Shown here: positions 50,424 through 59,360 of the stretch, in pieces | How the letters are laid out: the number at the start of each line of letters is the position of its first letter | Numbering within the stretch: position 1 is the stretch's first letter | Source of the DNA: an uncultured Gammaproteobacteria bacterium | GTDB lineage: Bacteria; Patescibacteriota; Patescibacteriia; Magasanikbacterales; UBA922 | NCBI GenBank assembly: GCA_964565405.1 | Contig: CAZMEW010000001.1 | Coordinates: 59,637 to 123,636, forward strand | Length of the DNA stretch: 64,000 nt | Reading direction: 5' to 3' | Notes under the pieces: model-generated | Seen by the model: only the letters and a program-made list of their open reading frames with translations | What the model was told of the DNA's origin: nothing | The model's database searches: none | Program-made: the position numbers and the translations under genes

Positions 50424-51593
50424 TTAATCCTGGCTTTTTTCTTTATCCTTCGCAAACCCTGCCCACCTATCTATTGGATATTCAATAACTGGCACGCCTG
50501 GAATAATGAAAGATCTCCATTCGCCAAATGGATAGCGACCCGTGAACGTCTGGGCAACTGATTTTGTACGTTCATACGCATCTCTGTGACACTTCTTATA
50601 CTTCTTCTCACTACCACACGGACAAGGCTTATTAACCTCTACCTTTTTGTATCTTTCAAAAAGTGCATAATGCAACAAATCATCAGTCTTAGTCTCTGTA
50701 TCAGTGAGAAATACTTCCTTTTTTACTACAGCACCCATTGAAAATCCATCCGGATTTCCTCCCGCAAATATTTGCGATGGGTATTGTTGATTAAACGCAC
50801 CTACAACTTCTTGCAATCGTTCTGTCTTTTGAGCTACGCACTTAACATAAGAATTATTGATTATAGCTCGATTTATGAGATGTAAAAGTTTTTCATCTAC
50901 TTCATGAACAGTATTTGGTTTTACTCCAAATCCATTCTTTGAATTCCATAAAGCAATATAGTGACTAGAAGAAATTGGTATGAGTACTAACGTTTCTTGA
51001 AGACCAATATTCCTGTTACTTACATCATGGAAGCGGCTTTTAACCTGAAGAGCGACAGTTGATACGCACTGATCACTTAATAAAAAATCACCATTACTTT
51101 TTAAGACCGTAAAATTATATCCACGCTTCATTGTTTCTGCAAGCGCATCAATGTATCTCGAATCAAATATTTTCTGCGTGAGGAGAGGTATCTTGTCTTC
51201 CTTTTTGAACATAGAAGATTCAGCGAGGAGTGCGCCACTACGATAGTACGAGAGAATGTAAAATTTATATAGACTTTCAGCTCTTTTCTTAAGATCTGTA
51301 ATATTCATCGTCCCTTTATCAACCGCCTCAGCATTTTCTCTTAGTCTTTTTACCGTAGGCGCAGTTACATCTTCAATACGGCTTAATAAATCTTCTATAC
51401 TGTTTTCCTGAATATCTGGATGTTCATATGTATGGTTTTCGGTCATGGCATTAGCCGGACTTGTAGGGTAAATCGCTTCCTTTGGTATAAACAGCTCGAT
51501 CACTTGGTCGTCAGCGTTCAAAAAGCCATCTAGGATAAATTGTGGAATATAATGTTGATTTTTCTTCCTCATATGCTTCAAAACATAACACAA
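50424..51593 (-). CDS. DUF4238-like protein with C-terminal SEC-C zinc-binding motif
   Basis: N-terminal HYIPQF motif, typical of the DUF4238 start. C-terminal KPCPCGSEKKYKKCH is a SEC-C metal-binding motif. Confidence 0.45.
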   Translation of the reverse strand: MCYVLKHMRKKNQHYIPQFILDGFLNADDQVIELFIPKEAIYPTSPANAMTENHTYEHPDIQENSIEDLLSRIEDVTAPTVKRLRENAEAVDKGTMNITDLKKRAESLYKFYILSYYRSGALLAESSMFKKEDKIPLLTQKIFDSRYIDALAETMKRGYNFTVLKSNGDFLLSDQCVSTVALQVKSRFHDVSNRNIGLQETLVLIPISSSHYIALWNSKNGFGVKPNTVHEVDEKLLHLINRAIINNSYVKCVAQKTERLQEVVGAFNQQYPSQIFAGGNPDGFSMGAVVKKEVFLTDTETKTDDLLHYALFERYKKVEVNKPCPCGSEKKYKKCHRDAYERTKSVAQTFTGRYPFGEWRSFIIPGVPVIEYPIDRWAGFAKDKEKSQD

Positions 51594-51690
51594 AAACCAA
51601 TCAATTCAAACACCTAAGTTACCAACAGCTCGGGTCTAGACGGGCTTGGGTCGGGTGCGTCATTAATGTAGTAGTAATAACTAAGGTTAT

Positions 51691-52986
51691 ATGGAAACTA
51701 CAGCGCAACCTATTGTACGGTATTGTCTCTATGCTCGTAAGAGTACGGAACAAGATGAATACCAAGCACTCTCTATTGATTCTCAAATTAAGGAAATGAC
51801 TGACATGGCACATCATGAAGGTCTCTACATTTCTGAAGTACGAAAAGAAGCTCATTCAGCCAAAGAATCCGGACAACGTCCGGTTTTTTTGCAATTACTC
51901 CAAGATATTAAGCAAGGATTATTCAATGGAATTATTGCCTGGGATCCATCTCGCATTAGTAGAAACGCTGGAGATTTAGGAAGTGTTGTCGATTTGATGG
52001 ATCAAAAACTCATTGTCGACATACGAACACATGGGCAGCGATTTACCAATTCACCGAATGAAAAGTTCTTACTTATGATTCTGTGTAGCCAAGCAAAACT
52101 TGAAAATGATCATAAAGGAGAAAATGTAAAACGAGGACTACGAGCAAAATGCGAACAAGGATGGAGACCTGGGCTTGCACCCATTGGTTACTACCACGAT
52201 AAATATGCAGACAAAGGAAGTAAGCGAGTGATGACTGACCCTGAACGAGCTCCCGTCATTCGTAAAATGTTTGAGAAAGTTGCGTATGAAAACTGGAGTG
52301 GCAGAACTATTTCAAAGTGGCTGAACGAACAAATGGACTTTACTACGCGCAAAGGCAAGCGAATGACCTTGAGCATGATTTACCGAGCGCTTAAAGAACC
52401 GTTCTATTACGGGGTGTTTGAGTTTCCGGTCGGGAGTGGAAAGTTCTATTCTGGTAATCATGAGCCTATTGTTAAGAAAGATCTCTTCGATTTAGCCCAA
52501 GCTAATCTACTCGCACCTGCACGGAGGCATCCCGGAAGTGTTGAGTATGAGTTTACGAATCTCCTGTATTGCGGAGCGTGTGGATCTGGTATCTGTGCTG
52601 AAGAGAAGTTCAAACACCAACAGAATGGGAATACTCATCGATACGTGTATTATCACTGCACCAGAGGCAAAAATCGGGACTGTAAGGAGGGCGCGATACG
52701 AGAAGAGGAGTTGTTGAGGCAGATCCTGCAATTGATGGATAATATGGAGTTTGATGAGGCTATTTTACATGAACGTATTAGGGATGAGGTTTTGAAACTA
52801 AAAAAGTTCGCTCTTGGGGTGTTTGGGAAAGAAAGCGAACTGTTTGAGAATCTCACGTCAGGAGATATTCGGAACTACGCGAAGTATATTTTGAGAGAAG
52901 GAACGAAGGATCAGAAACGAGAGTTATTGAAATGTTTGAAGAGTAAGTTGGAATTGAAAGAAAAAATAATAAATTTGTCGAGTTAA
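51691..52986 (+). CDS. large serine recombinase (resolvase/integrase family)
   Basis: N-terminal catalytic domain (YARKSTEQ with the nucleophile Ser), recombinase domain, and a C-terminal Zn ribbon CGACGSG...YYHC. Confidence 0.8.
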   Translation: METTAQPIVRYCLYARKSTEQDEYQALSIDSQIKEMTDMAHHEGLYISEVRKEAHSAKESGQRPVFLQLLQDIKQGLFNGIIAWDPSRISRNAGDLGSVVDLMDQKLIVDIRTHGQRFTNSPNEKFLLMILCSQAKLENDHKGENVKRGLRAKCEQGWRPGLAPIGYYHDKYADKGSKRVMTDPERAPVIRKMFEKVAYENWSGRTISKWLNEQMDFTTRKGKRMTLSMIYRALKEPFYYGVFEFPVGSGKFYSGNHEPIVKKDLFDLAQANLLAPARRHPGSVEYEFTNLLYCGACGSGICAEEKFKHQQNGNTHRYVYYHCTRGKNRDCKEGAIREEELLRQILQLMDNMEFDEAILHERIRDEVLKLKKFALGVFGKESELFENLTSGDIRNYAKYILREGTKDQKRELLKCLKSKLELKEKIINLSS

Positions 52987-53421
52987 TCATTCCTTATTTA
53001 TAAGATATGCAACTTTACTTGACAACAAGATTGTTAGTAATACAAACGGGGAAATTAGCAGACCCCACAGTGAACCTTGGAGTCCTATATAATCAAACCA
53101 TCCAGAGATTTTTCCATCTAGTTTTGAAGCAGAAACAATTAAAATGGGTAGAATAAAAAGGCTTAATCCAATGAGAAGTATTCTATTTATCCATTTATAT
53201 GAACAATTTGTTAATTTATTTTTTGTCACTGAAAAGAAAATATAGTCCAATAAATACACTCCTATTAAAAATGACCATGCGAGTGTTGTTTGTGCTACTT
53301 GTGTACCTGAGTTTTCAATCCTTTGAAATATTGTTGCCAAGAAAGTTGGAAATAAAATTGATATCGTTAAGGCTAACTGGAATCTTGAATCTATCTCATG
53401 AATTATATCTTTTACACTCAT
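52987..53421 (-). CDS. hypothetical 4-TM membrane protein (candidate effector)
   Basis: 144 aa with four hydrophobic helices. Terminal gene of a co-oriented helicase cluster. Confidence 0.4.
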   Translation of the reverse strand: MSVKDIIHEIDSRFQLALTISILFPTFLATIFQRIENSGTQVAQTTLAWSFLIGVYLLDYIFFSVTKNKLTNCSYKWINRILLIGLSLFILPILIVSASKLDGKISGWFDYIGLQGSLWGLLISPFVLLTILLSSKVAYLINKE

Positions 53422-53451
53422 AGTTTCTTATTTTTACTTTAAATTAACTAA

Positions 53452-54162
53452 CTATTCTAAATTTGTTTTTTCGCGGTTTAATTCAATATATTTAATCATT
53501 TCTTCAATGTACTTATCAAGCAAATCTTTTACCTGATGAATGTCCTTACTTTCCTCCTGTACATCTTTTTCCGTTGGGTAAAGTCTTACAGTGCTGATGG
53601 TTGCGGTTTTGCTTCTTAGACTAAAAGAAGTACCTCTAATAGTTCTTGGGCTTTTTTCATGGCTAATTTGATAATCACGATAGTCTGAAATATCTTGCTT
53701 TGCTTTTGCAATCAAATCTTTAAGGTTAGGCGGCAAAGGTGATAAGGATTTATCTTTGATGTACTTTTCTAAGTTTTTACTTAAATCATCGTGAGAGTCT
53801 AGGGGCAAACCTCTCGATGGTCCAAAATAAAACTCTATCGATCTAGCTATCTTATCTAGAAGTATTTTTGCAAATAAATAAAAAGATTCAATTTCTAAAT
53901 GAAGAATCTCGGTAAACTCCTCGCTCTCCTTCAAGAGGTTCAGTTCTTTTTCATCAAGTGTGTGGTTTCCTGGTTGGAAGATTGTCTGTAACTTATCTCT
54001 GTTATTTGAGTAATCTCTACAGGCTTTTTCGTATCTAGTCATTATAATAACTAAAAACTTGTAATACCTAACTATCTGGGCAAAAGAATTAGCAAATAAA
54101 TTATTATGTCTTGTAGAAAATTTCTCTCGTTCTCTACCTATAAAACTACTTAGGATCTCCAT
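53452..54162 (-). CDS. hypothetical protein (helical, Glu/Lys-rich)
   Basis: 236 aa, no recognisable motif. Middle gene of the cluster. Confidence 0.4.
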   Translation of the reverse strand: MEILSSFIGREREKFSTRHNNLFANSFAQIVRYYKFLVIIMTRYEKACRDYSNNRDKLQTIFQPGNHTLDEKELNLLKESEEFTEILHLEIESFYLFAKILLDKIARSIEFYFGPSRGLPLDSHDDLSKNLEKYIKDKSLSPLPPNLKDLIAKAKQDISDYRDYQISHEKSPRTIRGTSFSLRSKTATISTVRLYPTEKDVQEESKDIHQVKDLLDKYIEEMIKYIELNREKTNLE

Positions 54163-54181
54163 ATGTCTAATTAATTTTATC

Positions 54182-55957
54182 TTAGCTTATATCTCCAACC
54201 ACACACAACTCCTTCATGGCTCGCGTTAAAGCCACATACAACAAATCACGGTTTATTTTCTCTTTTTCTTTTCTCAATTCTACTGGATAGTTTGCAGTAC
54301 TCCACGTATTTTCAGTATTTCCTACCAAAAATACCGTATCAAATTCCACTCCTTGCGCTTCGCGTACTGGCATTACCTTTACCCATCCACATTTTTTGAG
54401 TGCCTGATAGGGTTCCAATGAAGACTCGTCTTTTGCAAGTACACCGATCAATCGGTCAGTATTTTTCTCTACAAACGAATTAATAAATTCTTCTGTCTCC
54501 TTTGTATCACTCATTACTTCAACCGTCTTACCTTCTTCAAGAGATGGTGGAATTTCTACTATATATCCCAACGATTGAATAAACTTTAATATTTCTTTGG
54601 TATTTCGATAGACTTTTTCAAGTGTAATATGCCGAGCGGTAGGAATTTGCTCGTTGAAATCATTCCAGGACTGTAGAGTACCTAGTTTCGTTTGCTGACG
54701 AAGATCGCCGACATATACAGCAGCGTTCGTATCTTCACTTACACAACCTTTGATCAACTGGAGCTGTTCGGGCAGATAATTTTGGAATTCATCAATAATA
54801 CAGAGATTATAAACTGCCTGAAACTTTCCTTTTTTACGCTTTACTTCGAAAGAGTTTCGCTGTTGTACCAAAAATTCACGTGTTTCATCCAATACTTTAT
54901 TCTGCTTTTTGTAGTGTGTAAGCATGATCGTGAGATCAACCTCGTCATATACTTTCTGATTCAAACGGTCGAGTACCAGATCTACATGAGATGTTACATG
55001 TTTCTTATACACTTTGTATAGCCAATCAGCTGGTTTATCATTAGGAAAATCAGGTACAGACCGAAGAATACGTAATTTTTGGTGCCTGATTACATCTTCA
55101 GTTATATCGTCAAATCTTTTATCCTCCACCCCTTTAGTATCTATTCCAAGGATGTCGGTAGCCCAATCAGTAAATGTAACAATTGCCACATTCTCGATTC
55201 CCAGCTCGGGCAAGAGTGAACTAAAATATGATTTCGTACCATTGTCCTGTACAAACACTTTAATTCGATGTCCTGGAAAATGTTCAGATATTTCAGGAAC
55301 TTGCATCAGATATGCAACCCGATGCAGAGCAAGCGTTGTCTTTCCTGATCCAGCTGGACCTGAAATAACCATCGGACCTTTCCATGATGAGCGTATGACT
55401 CGATCCTGTGCTTCTTCCATCTGTGACACAATTTCAGGAAGTATAAATCCTGTTTTACGGTTTGAAAAATTTTCTTGATAGACTAAGGTACGAGGTGCGT
55501 TACTGGTTTCTGTTGCGAAAAACATGACCTTACCATCTTTTATGAGATATTCATCTTTTCGGGTAAGTTCTACTTTTCTTTTTTCTCTATTTGGCATGAT
55601 ATACTCAGCCGTCCCAGGATGTGAGAATCTGAGAGTTGCAACTGGAGAAATCCATGAAACAATTGATTCTTCAGAATACGCAAATTTTCCTATGTATACC
55701 TGTGAAAATTTATGTTCGGAATTGAAATTGCAACGTGAAAAATATGGCGACGGATGCAGTGCCGATAATTCGTGCTGACGTTTTTTTGTGTACTGCAAAA
55801 GCGTGTGAAGTGTGAGCTTCTCAGCACCTTCAGCTTTTACATACTGCTGCCCCATTTTCTTATATTGTTCTTCTAGCTTTTCTCCAGTTTTCTGAAGGGA
55901 CGCTTGAATGACTGCAATATGTTCGCGTGCTTCTTCTAATAATTGTGTTGAAGACAT
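54182..55957 (-). CDS. SF1 UvrD/HelD-like helicase with uncharacterised N-terminal domain
   Basis: Walker A GPAGSGKTT, Walker B IIDEFQN, and a UvrD_C-like tail (GVEFDTVFLVG...YVALTRAMKELCVV). The N-terminal region of about 190 aa is unassigned. Confidence 0.7.
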   Translation of the reverse strand: MSSTQLLEEAREHIAVIQASLQKTGEKLEEQYKKMGQQYVKAEGAEKLTLHTLLQYTKKRQHELSALHPSPYFSRCNFNSEHKFSQVYIGKFAYSEESIVSWISPVATLRFSHPGTAEYIMPNREKRKVELTRKDEYLIKDGKVMFFATETSNAPRTLVYQENFSNRKTGFILPEIVSQMEEAQDRVIRSSWKGPMVISGPAGSGKTTLALHRVAYLMQVPEISEHFPGHRIKVFVQDNGTKSYFSSLLPELGIENVAIVTFTDWATDILGIDTKGVEDKRFDDITEDVIRHQKLRILRSVPDFPNDKPADWLYKVYKKHVTSHVDLVLDRLNQKVYDEVDLTIMLTHYKKQNKVLDETREFLVQQRNSFEVKRKKGKFQAVYNLCIIDEFQNYLPEQLQLIKGCVSEDTNAAVYVGDLRQQTKLGTLQSWNDFNEQIPTARHITLEKVYRNTKEILKFIQSLGYIVEIPPSLEEGKTVEVMSDTKETEEFINSFVEKNTDRLIGVLAKDESSLEPYQALKKCGWVKVMPVREAQGVEFDTVFLVGNTENTWSTANYPVELRKEKEKINRDLLYVALTRAMKELCVVGDIS

Positions 55958-56103
55958 AAAACACTCTACTTAATAATAGAGGGATGATGTTGAGTGGCAA
56001 CACCTAGAATGCTCCCTTGGCACTGCCAAGGGGCTGGTGTTTTGAAGAAGCTACAAACTGATGTTTTCGGATAGAGTCGGGTCACTTTCACAAGACTCAT
56101 GTG

Positions 56104-56174
56104 CTCGGGGACAGGGATTCGAACCCCGATAGTTGGGACCAAAACCCAAAGTCCTACCATTAGACGATCCCCGA
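56104..56174 (-). tRNA. tRNA-Gln (anticodon UUG), no encoded CCA
   Basis: Acceptor TCGGGGA/TCCCCGA (U1:A72, G73 as in bacterial tRNA-Gln). D-arm GTCT-AATGGTA-GGAC. Anticodon arm TTGGG-TTTTGGT-CCCAA. T-arm CGGGG-TTCGAAT-CCCTG. Confidence 0.8.
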
Positions 56175-56420
56175 ATCTTTAAGAATATTTACTTTTTCTT
56201 CGCGTCCATAACCGGACTTCAAAAATAATTCACGTTTATAAGCTTCTTCCCTAGAGCTATATTCTTCAGTATGAATTACTTTTAATGGCCGATGCCCCTT
56301 TGTCGATCTTGTCTTTCCTGCATTATGATCTTTGATTCGCTGTAGCAAGTCAGACGTACTGCCAACATACGACCAATCTGATTTGATAGTGCTTATCAAA
56401 ATGTATACATAATGCTTCAT
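56160..56420 (-). CDS. GIY-YIG nuclease family protein (small, stand-alone)
   Basis: N-terminal HYVYIL...YVGSTSDLLQRIKDHN matches the GIY-YIG motif. The last 5 codons plus the stop are encoded by the first 15 nt of tRNA-Gln. Confidence 0.7.
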   Translation of the reverse strand: MKHYVYILISTIKSDWSYVGSTSDLLQRIKDHNAGKTRSTKGHRPLKVIHTEEYSSREEAYKRELFLKSGYGREEKVNILKDSGIV

Positions 56421-56471
56421 AAGCCCCCACTTATGTTACATTGAAATGGAACCCCTGCCTGCCGGCAGGTG

Positions 56472-56493
56472 GACCATTAGACAATCCCCGAAT
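56472..56493. repeat. 22-nt direct repeat of tRNA-Gln 5' segment (matches 56155..56176 with 1 mismatch)
   Basis: ACCATTAGACaATCCCCGAAT versus ACCATTAGACgATCCCCGAAT. It lies immediately after the ftsX stop and upstream of the GIY-YIG gene, followed by the palindrome CCTGCCGGCAGG. Confidence 0.55.
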
Positions 56494-57417
56494 TTATGTC
56501 CGCAAATACCTACGCATTGCGAGCATACTCGAGAACAGTGTGAGAAAAAATACTGACCCAAACTGGATTCCGAGTAAAAAGAGTATATGGGACGTGAAGT
56601 AATTTGTCAAGATACTACTAGATTCAAAAATCACACTCATATAGGGATCTAAAAACTTGAGTGTGAACCAGACGACTACCGATGTAATCAGGATACTTAG
56701 AACACTAAAAATAAATGATTCAAAGAGATATGGCCCGCTAATAAACCAGTTTGTCGCTCCGACAAGTCTCTTAATCCCAATCTCAGCTCGCTGAGTGTAG
56801 ATTGCAACCCGAATGGTATTGAAGATAATCACGAACGCGATAATTGCAAATAATGCAGTGAGCGCATAGGTAAACCTCTCTACTTGTAAGGTGATCGTCT
56901 GAATTCGATCAATCGCGGTCTCTGTGTCCCCGAACGTCTTGGCTTCAATAATACTTTCATACTCAGGCACCGAGAGTGCTGTAATAATTTTTTCATAATC
57001 TTTTGGCTCTCTAGTCTTTACAATGAGAGTCGAGCCGAGCGGATTACCACCCAGTTCATTGAGCGAGTCAATAATTTCTGTATTTCCAGAATAGGTTTTT
57101 TTGAAATCTTCGAGCACTTCTTCTCGAGAAAGATATCTCTCTTCGGTGACTTCTGGTAATGATGATACAAAATCACGTACTTCTTTTATCTTCTCTTCAG
57201 TCGCTGTCGGATCAAAATAGATACTCACATCAATCTGATCTTTGACTGATCGGATCGATTGATTGGTTAGCACACGCACGATAATCAGCGTATTAATCGA
57301 GAGTAACATCAAAATTAAAATAAGCACTGTCATAAACGACAGGCTCATATTTCGTATGATATCTTGAAATGAAAATTTGATAATACGACTGACAGACATA
57401 GAAAAATGAAAACTCAA
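56494..57417 (-). CDS. ftsX: cell division ABC transporter permease FtsX
   Basis: 4-TM topology with a large periplasmic loop. KRLVGATNWFISGPYLFE matches the FtsX signature. It is downstream of ftsE. Confidence 0.75.
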   Translation of the reverse strand: MSFHFSMSVSRIIKFSFQDIIRNMSLSFMTVLILILMLLSINTLIIVRVLTNQSIRSVKDQIDVSIYFDPTATEEKIKEVRDFVSSLPEVTEERYLSREEVLEDFKKTYSGNTEIIDSLNELGGNPLGSTLIVKTREPKDYEKIITALSVPEYESIIEAKTFGDTETAIDRIQTITLQVERFTYALTALFAIIAFVIIFNTIRVAIYTQRAEIGIKRLVGATNWFISGPYLFESFIFSVLSILITSVVVWFTLKFLDPYMSVIFESSSILTNYFTSHILFLLGIQFGSVFFLTLFSSMLAMRRYLRT

Positions 57418-57433
57418 TAATCAAAACTAAAAA

Positions 57434-58270
57434 CTAAATACGATATTTTCCTTCACGTTCGTCTGAGACTACACGGCCATCATGGAGTACCACGACTCGA
57501 CGACGAAGCTGATTTACGATTTCTCGATTGTGAGTTACCAAGAGAATCGTGGTGCCGAATTCATTTATTTTTTTCAAAATTTCAATAATTTCCTGAGTAT
57601 TGATCGAATCCAGATTACCTGTGGGCTCATCTGCCACGAGAATCTTGGGGCGATGCACGAGTGAGCGAGCAATTGCAACGCGTTGTTGCTCCCCCCCAGA
57701 AAGCTGATGCGGATATCGATCGAGTTTATGGGATAATCCCACAATTTCGAGTACTCGCGGTACAATCTGTTTGATCCTATTTTTCCTCTCTCCCGCAACT
57801 TCAAGCGCGAATGATACATTTTCCAAGACCGTCCTCTTTGGCAATAGTTTGAAATCCTGAAAAATAACTCCGATTTGTCGACGTAGCAATGGGATATCTC
57901 GGACATGAATTTTGGTAATATCCCATCCCCCAATTTCAATTGTTCCTGAGGTTGGCTTCTCTTCTGCGATCAATACTTTGACGAGCGTTGTCTTTCCTGT
58001 TCCGCTTTGTCCTACAACAGATACGAATTCTCCCGGCTCAATATGCAGACTTACCTCGCTCAATCCCACACTGTCGTGAGAATAGTATTTGCTTATGTTT
58101 TTGAGAGTGATCATAATATATACACAAGTGAGATACAGTATAACACACTCCAAAAAAGAGAACAAAATAATATACCCCCACGCTTCTCTCACAATATGTA
58201 GCCATACGTAAAAAGTCAATGTATTCCACTGACTTTCTAATCTCCTGTTCTCTTTTATTTTATTGGACAA
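57434..58270 (-). CDS. ftsE: cell division ATP-binding protein FtsE (probable start at internal [11 protein letters not shown])
   Basis: Walker [14 protein letters not shown] signature [15 protein letters not shown] and Walker [13 protein letters not shown]. Confidence 0.85.
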   Translation of the reverse strand: MSNKIKENRRLESQWNTLTFYVWLHIVREAWGYIILFSFLECVILYLTCVYIMITLKNISKYYSHDSVGLSEVSLHIEPGEFVSVVGQSGTGKTTLVKVLIAEEKPTSGTIEIGGWDITKIHVRDIPLLRRQIGVIFQDFKLLPKRTVLENVSFALEVAGERKNRIKQIVPRVLEIVGLSHKLDRYPHQLSGGEQQRVAIARSLVHRPKILVADEPTGNLDSINTQEIIEILKKINEFGTTILLVTHNREIVNQLRRRVVVLHDGRVVSDEREGKYRI

Positions 58271-59126
58271 TCTGGCTCAGCAACTCATGTTTACCCTGAA
58301 GAATATGGTATATTGTTTTGAGCAGTGGAAATGAGCTAATATCACCCAACAATTCAACTACAGTAGGGGTCGAAATAACACCTTCACACGGTGAAGGTGT
58401 ATTGCCTTGCGCTATTGAACGCCCTTCTGATCGGTGTCTCGAATGATCGCTCATACCAGTCGCAACAAAATCACCTATACCCGCAAGTGTGTATGCAGTT
58501 TTACTTCTCCCACCCAATATTTCGATTTCACGTGACATCTCTTCTATCGCCTTGGTTACATACCAACCCCGAGCATTTGTACCCATTCCTTGCTCATCAA
58601 GCATACCGAATCCCATCGCATATATATTTTTCAATACTCCGGCCAAGACTGTTCCACGTACATCAGTCACATGATTCAATAACACTTTACTCCCAACAAA
58701 TAATGAGGACACAGTAGTATATGTTTCGACTGTTTTTGTCGCTACCACACCAAACGCATATCTACCTTCTTCAACTTCTGTCGCAACAACAGGCCCTCCA
58801 AAAAACACGAAGGGGTGATGCGGTACCACTTCTTCAACAATCTGTTCAGCGGTTTTCATAGTTTTTTCTTCAAATCCTTTTGCCACAGAAACCACAATCA
58901 TACCTTTTTTGAGGTACGATTCGATCCGGTTCAGTGTCTCACGTATAACCCACGAGTGAACGCACAAAAACACGATATCAGCGTGTGCGGTCCTTTCTTC
59001 CAAAGTTTCTGTGCCCGAGTATTTGCTCGGGTCAATATCCCACCACATGACTTCGTTTCCACTTTTGAGCATAGCATTACCTATGGCGCTTCCGATTTTT
59101 CCGGCTCCGATTATGAGTACTTTCAT
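58260..59126 (-). CDS. gpsA: NAD(P)H-dependent glycerol-3-phosphate dehydrogenase-like
   Basis: N-terminal Rossmann motif MKVLIIGAGKIGSAIG. LKNIYAMGFGMLDEQGMGTNARG resembles the GpsA substrate-binding region. Shorter than typical (288 aa). Confidence 0.6.
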   Translation of the reverse strand: MKVLIIGAGKIGSAIGNAMLKSGNEVMWWDIDPSKYSGTETLEERTAHADIVFLCVHSWVIRETLNRIESYLKKGMIVVSVAKGFEEKTMKTAEQIVEEVVPHHPFVFFGGPVVATEVEEGRYAFGVVATKTVETYTTVSSLFVGSKVLLNHVTDVRGTVLAGVLKNIYAMGFGMLDEQGMGTNARGWYVTKAIEEMSREIEILGGRSKTAYTLAGIGDFVATGMSDHSRHRSEGRSIAQGNTPSPCEGVISTPTVVELLGDISSFPLLKTIYHILQGKHELLSQIVQ

Positions 59127-59242
59127 ATATTTCCATTATTTGTTGAAACTGTATCATACTAGTATACTAGTAATCAATTAATATGCAATCCCACATTACA
59201 AGCCAAAAAATTAATAACCCCTAAATGGGGTTATTAATTTTG

Positions 59243-59315
59243 AGCCGACATCGGGGATCGAACCCGAGACCTACAGTTTACGATACTGTCGCTCTACCAG
59301 CTGAGCTATGTCGGC
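59243..59315 (-). tRNA. tRNA-Thr (anticodon CGU)
   Basis: Reverse complement reads GCCGACATAGCTCAGCTGGTAGAGCGACAGTATCGTAAACTGTAGGTCTCGGGTTCGATCCCCGATGTCGGCT. The anticodon loop ATCGTAA gives CGT. Confidence 0.85.
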
Positions 59316-59360
59316 GTATAATTTGTTTGAAATTTTAGCTAATTGTACGCATTTTGTCAA

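Larger units (their letters stand above)
40535..56174. mobile_element. candidate integrated element (about 15.6 kb) bounded by tRNA-Gln 3'-end direct repeats
   Basis: Direct repeat at 40535..40565 versus the tRNA-Gln 3' end. Contents: large serine recombinase, ParB-methyltransferase, terminase small and large subunits, a metal-resistance operon paralogous to a chromosomal copy, and defence-like genes. Confidence 0.4.

Noticed and set aside
55966-56160. 64-aa ORF overlapping tRNA-Gln
   Set aside because: It overlaps the tRNA gene on the same strand and has no supporting features. It is likely spurious.
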